Below are positions 40,331 through 54,085 of a stretch of 64,000 nt of DNA, piece by piece. A program made the position numbers and the translations under genes. The stretch comes from Octopus bimaculoides (Eukaryota), in assembly GCF_001194135.2 (NCBI RefSeq), contig NC_068991.1:4084762-4148761 (forward strand), read 5' to 3'. The notes beneath the pieces were generated by a model. That model did no database searches, was not told the DNA's origin, and saw only the letters and a program-made list of their open reading frames with translations. Every line of letters begins with the position of its first letter. Positions within the stretch are counted from its first letter, which is position 1.

Positions 40331-40333
40331 TAT
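40132..40333. repeat. Compound (GGT)-(GAT)-(AAT)-(TAT)-(CAT/CAC) microsatellite
   Basis: Directly visible. Confidence 0.95.
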
Positions 40334-40759
40334 TGATATGCATCATATATATCTATGAGAACTGTAGTGTTTGCAACGGCTTTTGCTTCAGTATATATTT
40401 ATTCATATTCTGCAGCAACCGGCTGCTTCGTATGAATGCAATAAAATTGGATTTGGCGTAGCAAATTCTTGGATAGTCTGGAATCATGAATGAGCGGATT
40501 TGGCAGAATCTTTGCATGTGAGAATCAGATTTATTAGCTGAATGCTTCCTCCTTCTTCCTTGCCAAACCTCGCCTATAAAACCGAGAGAAACACACACAT
40601 AGCCAGCAGAGATGAGAAATGTCAAGGTAAGCAGTGAATGTGTTCGCATATGCACACACACGCGCACACGCACGCACACACACACATTTGTAGTTGCATA
40701 AAAATGATCTTATGATCAAATATATATATTTATATATATATATTTACATACATACATAT

Positions 40760-40843
<84 letters not shown>

Positions 40844-40855
40844 AACAAGCAAAGT

Positions 40856-41235
40856 GGAGGCACAATGGCCCAGTCGTTAGGGCAGCGGACTCGCGGTCGT
40901 AGGTTCACGGTTTCAATTCCCAGACAGGGCGTTGTGAGTGTTTATTGAGCGAAAACACCTAAAGCTCCACGAGGCTGCGTCTGCGAGGTGGCGGTGAACT
41001 CTGATGTATCCTTTCCGGACAGCTTTCTCTCCCTGTTTCAGATGTACCTGTATTTCAAAGGAGCCAGCCTTGTCACACTCTGCGTCACGCTGAATCTCCC
41101 CGGGAACTACATTTAAGGATGCACGTATCTGTGGAGTGCTCAGCCACTTGCACGTTAATTTCACGAGCAGGCTGTTCCGTTGATCGGATCAACAGGAACC
41201 CTCGTCATCGTAAGTGATGGAGTGCCACGATAACA
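40856..41235 (+). mobile_element. tRNA-derived SINE family C (copy 2)
   Basis: A box tggcccagtcgttagg, B box ggtttcaattccc; colinear with 22666-22995 plus extra middle sequence. Confidence 0.85.
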
Positions 41236-42019
41236 AAGTAGCTAGTCGTAAAATTTCTATGAGACCGGCAAGTAAGAACTCTACTGAAAAGTAACGTATG
41301 TTGCCACTTCAACATGGCTGTTTCGTACGAAACCTCGTGACTACTATTTTTCTTTCTTTTTACTACTTTTTATCTATTGTTATTTTTTATTTCATTTCTA
41401 TTTTTTACTACTGCATCTTCTCTCGTTGTTTAAGGACACGACCTGTGCCCGATATATTGCAAGCAGGGGAGCAAACACCTTGCAATTTGACAGGACCAGT
41501 TGACCTGCCTGGATTCGGGCTATGTTTTGTCCATCCTCAGTAGTTCAAAGAGAGTTAGAGCTTGTGAATCCAACCATTTAAGAGATAGTATCTATCCAAT
41601 ATACTGCTGGTAGAATACCCAATTATTAATACACAACTGTTGGTTATTGGGTGATAATTACACTACTGAGCGTAATAAATGGGTGGGGGTAAAAAGTGGT
41701 TTTACCCTTAATTTATACGGCAAGAAGAAAATGGAAGGGATCCAGAAGTAGTATTCATCAGTTGTTAGACGTTATATTATGTCTATTTATTTATTTTAAA
41801 CAATTATGAGAATATATGTACATGTGTAAAGATTGTGTTTTACATATAAAGTACCAGTAATTTCTAGAATAGAGAACGAAGAACAGGTCCTTACAGCTGT
41901 TTCTACCAAGAGGTCACAATACCGCACATGTTATTTCCATCTTTTCAGTGTACTGTAGAGATCGGTAGATAAAATTAGGTTACTTGGGTGTGCTTCTAGA
42001 CTCTATTTTCTTCTTGCCG

Positions 42020-42077
<58 letters not shown>

Positions 42078-42815
42078 NNNNNNNNNNNNNNNNNNNNNNN
42101 NNNNNNNNNNNNNNNNNNNNNGAGAGAGAGAGGGAGGGAGAGAGAGAGGGAGAGAGAGAGGGGGAGAGAGAGGGAGAGAGAGGGAGAGAGAGAGAGAGAG
42201 AGAGAGAGTACAGAAGACAACAGACAAATACAGTTGAGGGAACAAATAAGAGATATATTATTAGGACGCGCGTGAAGAATGGAAAAGTATTCGACATACA
42301 AAGTCTATGTTGTTTGGCAGTAAGAAATGAGAGGGAAAAAAAATTAAAGAAAATTTGGAGAGAGAATAAAAATGTGTCGGGGGTCAACAGGATACGTGTA
42401 TGTGTGTGTGCGAGTATGGTTATGTAAGCATGTATCTGCTGGCTGCTACATCCGAAAAAGCAATGTCATGTGACGTATGATACGACACTGTACTGCTGGA
42501 TAGAGTTGAAATCAAAGAAATATTTTTCAGAAGAGAGTAAAATATTAAATCTGTTAGCGTTTTACTTTTCTTTCTCAAATGAAACTTGAAATGATGCGTG
42601 ATATGGTAGGCTGTTATTTTGTTTCTACATTTTCTTTTTTCTTCAGCTACTTTGGCAAGGAAAATAAAAGGCAAAAAGTACAAATGTACAACAGCATAAA
42701 CATGAGCAGTGTGATCAAATATGTATTATCAAATTTGTTGAAGTCTTTGAAGAACCTTCCACGCTGTTGGGCAAAGCCGTGATCTTCTAAGTCGTTGCGT
42801 CATAAATGGGGAAGC

Positions 42816-42861
<46 letters not shown>

Positions 42862-43410
42862 NNNNNNNNNNNNNNNNNNNNNNNNNNNNNNNNNNNNNNN
42901 NNNNNNNNNNNNNNNNNNNNNNNNNNNNNNNNNNNNNNNNNNNNNNNNNNNNNNNNNNNNNNNNNNNNNNNNNNNNNNNNNNNNNNNNNNNNNNNNNNNN
43001 NNNNNNNNNNNNNNNNNNNNNNNNNNNNNNNNNNNNNNNNNNNNNNNNNNNNNNNNNNNNNNNNNNNNNNNNNNNNNNNNNNNNNNNNNNNNNNNNNNNN
43101 NNNNNNNNNNNNNNNNNNNNNNNNNNNNNNNNNNNNNNNNNNNNNNNNNNNNNNNNNNNNNNNNNNNNNNNNNNNNNNNNNNNNNNNNNNNNNNNNNNNN
43201 NNNNNNNNNNNNNNNNNNNNNNNNNNNNNNNNNNNNNNNNNNNNNNNNNNNNNNNNNNNNNNNNNNNNNNNNNNNNNNNNNNNNNNNNNNNNNNNNNNNN
43301 NNNNNNNNNNNNNNNNNNNNNNNNNNNNNNNNNNNNNNNNNNNNNNNNNNNNNNNNNNNNNNNNNNNNNNNNNNNNNNNNNNNNNNNNNNNNNNNATATA
43401 TATATATATA

Positions 43411-44027
43411 CACGCACGTCATATAAATAGACATCTTTTTATATTTATTCTAACTTGTAAAGGTATATATTTTTTATTAATTAACATTTTTATGCTTCAG
43501 GTTCTGTACATGAATTTTTAATCATGTCACGTACAAAAGAAGCCTGAATTGCAAAGAGGCCGTATTGTGGGTTATTCTGAAGGTGGAGATGGCGTAAAAC
43601 GCAGAAAACGTTAGGATCCTGCTTTCTACAGTTAATAGAGCGATTGTGCAATTTATCAGAAAGAGGAAGGAGTCCGCATCACCTCACCCAGATCAACCAG
43701 GACCCTTTGACAAGCCCCATCCAGATACGAAACCTATTGTATACTTCTGGGATATAATTGTCAGTAAACTTCATAAAAAGAACAAGAAAGCATCTTCAAA
43801 ACCAGATCTTTAGAGATTACTGAATGAAACTTGGCAAGAAATTCCGCAAGAGAATAGTCGTCATCTGATCAGTAACATGCACAGAAAAATGCTAAGGGCA
43901 TGCCTACTAAACATTAAATATTCACATCATAGCAATTAATATATAATTTGAATGCTTAATTTCAGATTAAAATAAATTTTAATGAATATATGGGCGTCTA
44001 TTTATTTTTGTCGTGTGTGTGTGTGTG
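43411..44027 (+). mobile_element. Internally deleted Tc1-family DNA transposon
   Basis: Imperfect ~26-bp TIRs (cacgcacgtcatataaatagacatc / gggcgtctatttatttttgtcgtgtgtg) next to TA. From ATG 43524: MSRTKE..LQRGRIVGYSEGG..ENVRILLSTVNRAI (HTH-like), joined to PHPDTKPIVYFWD...LNETWQEIPQ...LISNMHRK..AKGMPTKH* (SPDLNPIE-to-AKGxPTKY C-terminus). Confidence 0.85.
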
Positions 44028-44206
44028 TATTGTATTACTTCAATTATGTTGAAAGAACAAAACCTTACGTTGTACAATTGTATAATATCTTTATCATCAT
44101 GGCTCTAATAAAATCTTAAATCTTGTAAAACAAATCTGGTGTGGTTATCATCTTATTTCTTTCTCTATTCATATCACCACGTGTGTTTCCCCACTAAAAT
44201 ATATTC

Positions 44207-44237
<31 letters not shown>

Positions 44238-44238
<1 letters not shown>

Positions 44239-44650
44239 TCTTTTATTCTTTTATTCTTTTACTTGTTTCAGTCTTTTGACTGTGGCCATGCTGGAGCACC
44301 GCCTTTAGTCGAGCAAATCAACCCCAGGACTTATTCTTTAGAAGCCTAGTACTTATTCTATCGAACTCTTTTGCCGAACCGCTAAGTTACGGGGACGTAA
44401 ACACACCAGCATCGGTTGTCAAGCGATGATAGGGGGGACAAACACACACATACAAACATATACACACACATACTTATATATATATACATATATACGACGG
44501 GCTTCTTTCAGTTTCCGTCTACCAAATCCACTCACAAGGCTTTGGTCGGCCCGAGGCTACAGTAGAAGACACTTGCCAAAGATGCCACGCAGTGGGACTG
44601 AACCCGGGACCATGTGGTTGGTAAGCTAGCTACTTACCACACAGCCACTC
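44238..44650 (-). mobile_element. Full-length SINE family A, well conserved, with tandem (TTCTTTTA) tail
   Basis: Reverse complement is colinear with 33973-34345, including a segment deleted in that copy. Confidence 0.9.
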
Positions 44651-45411
44651 ATTTATTGAAGGTGAATTAAGGTGAAAAAATTCCCGGATTACTACTCAGA
44701 GTAACACGTACTCGACCATCGGGCAATCATGAGTACCAATCATGAGTACCAATCATGAGTACCAAAAAACAATGGGTTTTGAAAACTGTAGAAACCATGT
44801 CTTTTAATTGCAATCCTTTCCTTGATTATTCTGTTATCGATCAGGTACCTACCTGATCGATAACATGTTGATGACCTTTTTCCCAGAATTTACTGATGTG
44901 TCTGTAGATAAAGACAGTCTTTGAAGTTGTCATTTGTAGCTCGGTCTAAATTTTATATGTAGCGCTACTATCGATCTGGATCTCAGCTTTGTAAACAACG
45001 CCTTTGAACAGGCAATTACCATTAAGATGGCTGCTGCCAAGGTGATTGATTATGCACTTAAAACCGTCATATTATCCACTGGATTTGTCGACTCCATTTA
45101 CGTTGTTCTGTTTCACAAACAATTCAGAGATTTTCAGACAGTAAACGCTAAACATCAGTGTTCTTGTGTCAAAAATTCTAGAATACCTATGCTCAATGGA
45201 AAAATGCCTAAACACTTCATTTAATGTAGAGCTGAACCACAAAGCGCTTAAAGTTCAGCCGTCGTGTGACCTCCTGTGGTTACTTTCAATTCCAGCATAA
45301 CATGTATTTCAAACTATTCCACTAGCCTGTATAAGTTTCGTCCAATGTCTTAAACAGCTTTTTCATAAATTACTTTTATGTAAAAATAAAGGTCATTAAC
45401 AGCTTTCTCAG

Positions 45412-45413
<2 letters not shown>

Positions 45414-45474
<61 letters not shown>

Positions 45475-45475
45475 C

Positions 45476-45518
<43 letters not shown>

Positions 45519-45523
45519 CATCC

Positions 45524-45608
<85 letters not shown>

Positions 45609-45610
45609 AC
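45414..45610. repeat. (TCTA)n microsatellite, ~49 units with TCCA variants
   Basis: Directly visible. Confidence 0.95.
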
Positions 45611-45689
45611 TATCAGTCTGTCTGTCTATCCAACTTTCTACTTAGTTACCTATCAATCTACTTCTATCTCTCACTTGTTCATATACATA

Positions 45690-45780
45690 TAATCTTGGGG
45701 TCTATTTCTTTGACTAAAAAGCGTTGCTCCAGCATGGCCCCAGTCAAATGACTGAAACAAGTAGAAGGATAAAAGAAACA
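45690..45780 (+). mobile_element. SINE family A 3' end
   Basis: ttgctccagcatggccccagtcaaatgactgaaacaagtagaaggataaaag. Confidence 0.8.
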
Positions 45781-45839
45781 AAAATATATGCAAACACACG
45801 TATATGCATGAGTAATAAGTCTCTTCTATGTATTGATTG

Positions 45840-46200
45840 ATTATAAGATTTTGCTTTAATTCTGTCACTATAATCAAGATTTCTGATGAATATTGAAGTC
45901 CCCAATTATATTATCATCATTTCTAGAATCTTATAACCATAGATTATGAACGAAGTGATATTTGTGGGGGAGGCTGTCTTATTATAGCTGTAAGGTCCAA
46001 TATAAATTATGTCGAAACTTATGAAGGTGTGATATGATGATTAATACGTTATCATTAAGATGTTTATTTTTGTCACTATTTATGATTACGTGTGTATATG
46101 TGTTTATCATAGCATTGAGCATTGCCATGGGTATTGCTTGTATTATTTGTCGAAAATTCTCTAGGTTATAAATGTGTTTTCCTACCATGATTTTTCTATT
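45840..46200 (-). mobile_element. Possible APE-endonuclease remnant of an old LINE
   Basis: Minus strand gives IIGDFNIH (GDFNIH at 45903-45886), preceded in another frame by TAIIRQPP (cf. xIYRPP); the rest is heavily decayed. Confidence 0.4.
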
Positions 46201-46908
46201 TTGTTTGGTTTTGTGACTTTACACATTGCAATTACTCTTCAAGCGCATGGGGTTGGGCGATATAGTATCATTTATATACGAACAATATATTCATTGGAAT
46301 AGTGACGTATACTTTCGCAATTAAATTTATAAAACCACACTAGTCATTAGCAACATAGTTATTAATAATTTTATTTTGTATAATATTGTCATTATAGTTT
46401 ATTTTAGCGTTAATTTATGACATGGTGTATTGGATATTGTCCTCTGTATCCCGAGATATTTTCTGTGCACACATATCTTTAGCATATATTCATTTCTTAT
46501 ATTGAACCTTTGTGTGAAATATTTGTCTTTATTAATTTGGCTTCTGATGTTTTTGTTATGTTCTCTATAGCTTGGTTTATTACTCAGAATTAGTGCTTTG
46601 TGCTTGTTGAATTTCTGAATATCTATATTAAGAATTTCTTTTAAAGTGGCCAAACGAAAACCTCTTCTACATTGTATTTTCCCGATGGACACTTCGTATC
46701 TATGTAGGCATACACTGTGTTCATCCAGGTGTGTGCATTTATTTCATCTTGAAGGTGAGGTCAAGATGATCTAGAAGCGTTCATCTTCGATTTACAATAT
46801 CTATTGCTCTAAAAGACGACCAGCAGATCTTAAGAAAATAAGAAAGTAATTTGATTAAAAAACAAACTACGCTACAATCGTGTGAAATAAACACACACAC
46901 ACACACAT

Positions 46909-46946
<38 letters not shown>

Positions 46947-47085
46947 CACACATACACACACACATACGCATACAGGTACAGTAATCACAGTCAGACGTCT
47001 GTATTTCTATATTGGGGGCAATCGTTCAGATGTTTAGAAAATCTTTAAAGGGAGATATAAGTACGATTGCATGCATAGTAATGTC

Positions 47086-47258
47086 TTGCAACCTGTTTGA
47101 AGATTACATAACTTCAGATAGAGTAAATAGGAACCATTTGTTGATCAACATCTCAGTAATTTATGTATATAGAGTCTATATACATAAATGAGATCTTGAT
47201 AAGCAAATGGCTCCCTTTTACTGTAACTGGAATAACGTAATCTTCAAACAGGTTGCAA
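47086..47258. repeat. 173-bp imperfect palindrome (foldback/MITE-like)
   Basis: Perfect 22-bp terminal arms (47086-107 / 47237-258), ~75-80% matched middle, perfect 15-bp inner arms around a single G at 47174. Confidence 0.85.
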
Positions 47259-48525
47259 ATCATAGCAGTCATACTCTATAACATAGAGTGTGACTGTTTG
47301 TTTTTGAGGTTTCCTTGTGTTGTTATTTCGATGTCAGGGGTTCACTAAAATGATACTCCTTCATATGAATGTACCCGATGTGTATAACTAAGCTGTAACC
47401 ATTTAATACCACGTGGTCTATAAGGGAATATTTTAGGAGTTCTTAAAATTGCTAAAAAAAAAAAGCTCCCCAGAAGCTAGAGTATTTTTAGTACTTTAAT
47501 GCTAGCAACGATATTCTCTTTATCTTACAATATCTTAATTCTTTCCGTCGTACTTCCATTTTTACATTAATTTTTAATTTCTCACTCTTCCCTCTCCCTC
47601 CCTCTATTTCTCCCCCCCTCTCTCTCTCTCTTTCTATCTTTCTCTCTCACTATCTAAATATGTATGCGTGCATGTATGCATATATATATATATGTATGCA
47701 TATATACACGCAAACACTCACACACACACACATATATACCAACATATGTAAATATATATATATATGGTCACATATACCTATATATGTAAATATATTCCCT
47801 TCGAAATTGCTCTTAACTGTGGTTTGGACTTTTTGACTGCTCTTTCTAGTATGTTAGGCAACCTGTTAAGGCTCCCCTCTTTGTGTTTAAATGTACACTA
47901 ATTTTTATATGTAAATATATGTACGTAAATATATATATTGTCACACATACTTATATTGCAATTATATACATGCATTCACACACGCATATATATATGTGTG
48001 TGTTTGCAAGAATGTGTGCGTGTATGTGCGTATGTGTGTGTGTGTGTGTGAATCTGTGTGTATGTGTGCATGCGTGTGTGTTGCATTACATTATATTTAA
48101 ATCTGTGTCTGCTTCTAGATTTCCTTCCACTGTATTGGCACCGCACAACTGTTCTTCGCTGTTGACCAAATCATTTGTTGCAGTTCTACACAGTCCTTCG
48201 GCTCACCCCCTCCTCCAATCTTCCCATCCACTCAGCGCAGACAACCAGACAGCCGCAGGTTAATTCTGCAGTGACACATCCGTGCCTTCACTTAACAATA
48301 GATTAACCACAAACATTGCACTGTTACGCCATATTAACTCCGAACGACGTATGTGACAATAACTTCAGAATGGAATAAACCGCTAGGGACTCGAGCGTCA
48401 GACAAATACAATTTCAATGGGGAATCTTTTATATATGGCTACCAGACGTCATGTAGCAAAGATGACATCATTCCACTTAGTATTTCAGGAAGATCGCTGT
48501 TGTGGTCGTCGTCATTAAAAAAAAA

Positions 48526-48526
48526 T

Positions 48527-48577
<51 letters not shown>

Positions 48578-48710
48578 CACTACTACTACTACTACTGCTC
48601 CTGCTGCTGCTGCTGCTGCTACAGCTGCTGCTGCTGCTACAGCTGCTGCTGTTGCTGCCGTCACTAATCCTACTACTACTACCACTACTACCACTACAAC
48701 AACAACAACA

Positions 48711-48741
<31 letters not shown>

Positions 48742-48819
48742 TTTTTTATCATCGTCCTCAACTTCATCATCATCACCGTTATCATGATCATGATCATGAT
48801 AATCATCGTCGTCACCAGC

Positions 48820-48882
<63 letters not shown>

Positions 48883-48975
48883 GTCATCATCGTCATCATC
48901 ATTATCATCATCGTCATCATCATCATCATCATCTTCATCATTATCGTCCCCGTCCTCCCTCATCATCATCACTTT
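48526..48975. repeat. Compound (ACT)-(GCT)-(ACT/AAC)-(ATC) microsatellite
   Basis: Directly visible. Confidence 0.95.
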
Positions 48976-50870
48976 TATCTTTCTTATCATTATTCTTTCC
49001 CTTTGTTTGTTTTTTTTGTTTTGTTTCAATTGTCAAGTCCTGTCAATATATTTTATGCCGCTTTTTAACTTTTCTTTTCCTTGTATTCGATGCTTCAATT
49101 TGTTTGTTATTTCTTCTGTATTATTTTTGCTTTTTTTTTTTTTTTGCTGAGTGCTTTTACAAGGTTTTATAATATATATTTTTCTTTCTTATATATCGTA
49201 TGACAAAAGTACTGCTCTTACTGCCGTTTTTAGTATCTCTACCTCGTCCTCTCTCAATTTCGTGCTTTCGCAACAAAACTAAGATCTGTTGATTTTACTC
49301 TTCTTTTCGTTTCATTGTTTTGTTGCCATTATAGGAAATGTGTTTCTATACTTTGTTCTCATTTTCTCTATTTATTGTATATTGACATTTTATGTCCCNN
49401 NNNNNNNNNNNNNNNNNNNNNNNNNNNNNNNNNNNNNNNNNNNNNNNNNNNNNNNNNNNNNNNNNNNNNNNNNNNNNNNNNNNNNNNNNNNNNNNNNNNN
49501 NNNNNNNNNNNNNNNNNNNNNNNNNNNNNNNNNNNNNNNNNNNNNNNNNNNNNNNNNNNNNNNNNNNNNNNNNNNNNNNNNNNNNNNNNNNNNNNNNNNN
49601 NNNNNNNNNNNNNNNNNNNNNNNNNNNNNNNNNNNNNNNNNNNNNNNNNNNNNNNNNNNNNNNNNNNNNNNNNNNNNNNNNNNNNNNNNNNNNNNNNNNN
49701 NNNNNNNNNNNNNNNNNNNNNNNNNNNNNNNNNNNNNNNNNNNNNNNNNNNNNNNNNNNNNNNNNNNNNNNNNNNNNNNNNNNNNNNNNNNNNNNNNNNN
49801 NNNNNNNNNNNNNNNNNNNNNNNNNNNNNNNNNNNNNNNNNNNNNNNNNNNNNNNNNNNNNNNNNNNNNNNNNNNNNNNNNNNNNNNNNNNNNNNNNNNN
49901 NNNNNNNNNNNNNNNNNNNNNNNNNNNNNNNNNNNNNNNNNNNNNNNNNNNNNNNNNNNNNNNNNNNNNNNNNNNNNNNNNNNNNNNNNNNNNNNNNNNN
50001 NNNNNNNNNNNNNNNNNNNNNNNNNNNNNNNNNNNNNNNNNNNNNNNNNNNNNNNNNNNNNNNNNNNNNNNNNNNNNNNNNNNNNNNNNNNNNNNNNNNN
50101 NNNNNNNNNNNNNNNNNNNNNNNNNNNNNNNNNNNNNNNNNNNNNNNNNNNNNNNNNNNNNNNNNNNNNNNNNNNNNNNNNNNNNNNNNNNNNNNNNNNN
50201 NNNNNNNNNNNNNNNNNNNNNNNNNNNNNNNNNNNNNNNNTACACTCAGGTTTTGATATATCTATCTATCTATATTTATGTATATATAAATAAACAGACA
50301 GACAGACAGATAGATAGATAGATAGTACTTCCATTTTTTCCGGTAAGCAGAGTTAGATTTACGACTCTAAATCTTGCATTGATCGCCATTAATATAATGA
50401 AATAAAGCGTTTCCCTGAAGAGCTGTTGTAGATCTGCATCTAATTGCATTATGAATTCCCACTCTTGCGGATACAGAAAGATCCATTGGCGAAACATGTG
50501 TAGGGAAATATTAGAATTAAATGCCTTTTGCTTTTATAACACACACTCACGTACACACACACACACACACACACAGACATACACACACACACACACACAC
50601 ACACATGCACGCACACAAACACGCACACGCACAAACACGTGCACGCACACACGCGCGCATGCACAGATACATATACTCTCTCACACACACATGTATATGC
50701 ATAATACCTATGCATATGTTTATATGTTTGTGTGTGTGTATATATATACATATACATTGTATACATATTTTATGTATCTATATATATATATACATATAAT
50801 TGTATTCATATCTATGTATACAAATTTATCTCTCTATCTACCCATCTATCTATCTATCTGTACCTTTCTT

Positions 50871-50914
<44 letters not shown>

Positions 50915-50932
50915 NNNNNNNNNNNNNNNNNN

Positions 50933-50997
<65 letters not shown>

Positions 50998-52139
50998 AAT
51001 GAATTTGTGTGTGTGTTTGCGTGCTTATTAAGTTTCTCATGAGAGTTTATGTTTTATGTAGTCGAAATGAAATCAGCTATACGAAAAACGAATCGTTATC
51101 TTCAGAATTGCGAGTTTAAATAAAAGAGGAATGAAGGAAGACACCAACGTTAATGGAAAGGAGAAATTAAGTAGAAAGTTAGGTGAGGCAATAGAATGAG
51201 TTAGAGAGATGTCATTAGATTAAGATAGGGAATGAATCAGCAGCCTAAGTTAAGGGATATCGACGAGTATAACTGTGTATCTAAATCAACGAAGGGTAGC
51301 TTGGATGTGTCAAGAGAAGGTGACGATGAGAGAGTATCGATCTAGAGGAGTAGGTGCTGTTGTTACCTACATTCGATTATAACTGCGGCAAATTGAGTAC
51401 AATTGAAACAGTAAACTTGATTTCAAATTTAGATTATATTTTAAATCGAATTTACTGTTTTAAGTGTACTACATTTACCGAAAATTACATATTCTATCTT
51501 CCCTCGAATCCATTGTCGTGACGTTTTCATCTGTTTAACACGCACACATACACAGAGGCATCCCCCACACACACGAACACACGATAACACGCGCACGCAT
51601 TCACCTGTACACAAGACGTACGACCTGCACCTTTGTTTTTCAACACTTTTTTTTTTCAAAACGTTTCTCGTAATATTGTTCTGTATTGTTCTCTACACGT
51701 CTCGACAATGCAGAAACCCATGCAAAACAATATTTCGTTGGTTTTTAACTCTAAAATACAGCATATGACCAATATAGAAAAATGCAGAATCGCGTACCAT
51801 TTATGTAAAGACGGAGAACTGTGAGAATAGTGAACACGCCGCAGAACAGGCTGAGCCATTCTTCATAATTTCTAGGGATGAGCAAATAGAAAATCACATT
51901 TGTTAGCCAAGGACGAAAATCGTGTTAGATAGTATAATGAACGGCCCGGCAGCCATGACTATCGCGTCTTTTCGGGAGATATCTGATTACATCAGCCAAT
52001 GAGACCTTCTTGTTCGTTGTGACTTGAAAGAAAAGAGAAGAAGAAAGAAAGAGAGAGAGAGAGAAAGAAAGAGTGAGGTGGAAGAGAGAGGGAGAGAGAA
52101 GGAGGAACATATTACTGCTGTTTCTAGAAAATTTCTTCG

Positions 52140-52265
52140 GCTTTTTACGTTATTAGCTCAGATCCCACCAAAATCAACTTGGGCCTCGATAAAATAATCT
52201 ACTAGACAATTACTGGAGTTGACGTACTCGAATGACTTCGCCCCCAACTCTGGCACCCTATAATT
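52140..52265 (+). mobile_element. SINE family B, highly degenerate
   Basis: ctcagatcccaccaaaatcaact...ctcgataaaataatctactag...; colinear but diverged. Confidence 0.45.
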
Positions 52266-53094
52266 GTTGAGCATGTGCCAAAATCTGAAGATGTTATATG
52301 AAAGCAAAACCTTGCTCTAATATGTAAATGTTTATGCTCTAACGTATAGATTTTATGTTAAAATTATTTATGAAAATGAATAGATAACGTTAACCATGTG
52401 TATAAGAAAGAAAAAAAAATGATAGCTCAATACCTATTATTTTAATATTCGAAACGGATGTTAAGACGTAAAATCTCAACAAGTCAATACATCAGTACAG
52501 ATGCTGAGTATAACAAATGGTCGTGTTTTAATTTAGGTGAAGATTCAGCTATTCTATGATTTAATTTTGGAGTGTTATATTAGGATTTAGCGAACGTTTG
52601 TTGAAACAGAATTTTGAAGAGATAGGGTATTATATAAAATGTGTTATTCGGTAATTGCTTATTCAAAGTTATAAAGGTGAGCCGGGTTGTAAAAATACTT
52701 CTGTAAATATGCAATAAAATAACAAGTTAATTAAAGACTGTGATTTTGAAGTTGCGTAGGAAAATTAAATTTTATGCCTAGGCATAAAATGTAGTTAGTT
52801 TCACAATACACAAATGATAAATAAGTAGGAACTCTAAGTTCGTTTAATTAAACACGAAGTAAATTTCTATGTACATCAGATGGTGTGTAGAACTATGCCA
52901 TAAATATTCATATGACTCGAAATGGTTAGTGGTTAATTTTAAGTAGTAAATATAAAAATAAGTGTCTACCACTTAAACTGCATTTAAGAAGTTCTTTGCA
53001 CTCAATGCGAATTAAGCGTCTCTAAATATATGTAGTGCTTATTTTAGAAATTGAGTTTAAGGTAGCGAGCTGACAGAATACTTTGTACGTCTGA

Positions 53095-53280
53095 AAATAT
53101 GCTTAGCGGCATTTTGATCCAGTTTTGCGTTCTGATTACAAATATTCTTCAGGTCGACTGGCCTTTCTTCGTTTCGAGTGTCGATAAAATGAGTAGCCGT
53201 CCAGTACTGGTTTGACGTAATTGAATATTCCTCTCGCCTCCAAATTTCAAGTCTTGTGCTTATAATACAAAGGATTATAC
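53095..53280 (+). mobile_element. SINE family B, degenerate
   Basis: atgcttagcggcatttt...aggtcgactggcctttc...gtcgataaaatgagtagc...cttgtgcttataatacaaagg. Confidence 0.7.
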
Positions 53281-54085
53281 TAGTTGACTTTATGAAATAT
53301 CGTATAAAACAGAACGTTTTCAAATTAACTCTATCATGCTTAATTAGTGAACATTCAGTGAATATTGTTAGCTAATCAGACAATATTTAGCTTTAAGAGA
53401 GTAGTTCAAAGTTTTAAAATTTCAGGATGTTTTATTGTTGCTTTGTAGGCAAAATGAGATAATATTTAAATGGCGATAAAGGAGTGGTTTATAATAACTA
53501 TATAACGGGAGTTACTTGTTAGTTATTTCAGATATTTCATTAGACTTCACCTTTTCAGAATCAATGTATGATAAATTTAAAACAATAAGGCTTATCATGC
53601 ATCGATCTTGAGTTGACTTGGATGTTTCTACTCCAAATTATATATTCATACCATGAACATGTGCGCAAGTATCTGTTGCTTTTGAGCATCGTTCACTTTA
53701 AAAATCGAAGCCATGTTACTTCTCTGTGATCAGAGTTCACTATTCTACGCCGCTTATATTCGATATTTTGTTACGCTCTTCACTTCATATAACATCATTT
53801 GGTGCTCAATTAACTAACTGGTAATTTTATATCCTAGTGCTGGACACATAATTCAATGAAGGAGTGGGGAAAGAAAGTAGTCACACAACGCGCTACTATT
53901 ACTGTTACACAAGGTTAAACGATATCTGTCAACAGCTCACGGCGAACTGCTCGCCGTCAGTTGCTCACAATACTTTATTTTATAGCAACATGTCAGTTCA
54001 CTTTTAGTCACCTAGTCATGGTCGGAATCCTCCCACACCAGGTAGTATCGACCCTATTTGGATTGTAATATTTTATAGTTCAAAA

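Noticed and set aside
22666-41235. SINE heads as tRNA genes, or recurring SINE cores as a CRISPR-like array
   Set aside because: The heads lack a complete cloverleaf and continue into SINE bodies; the repeats are dispersed, variable and have no regular spacers.
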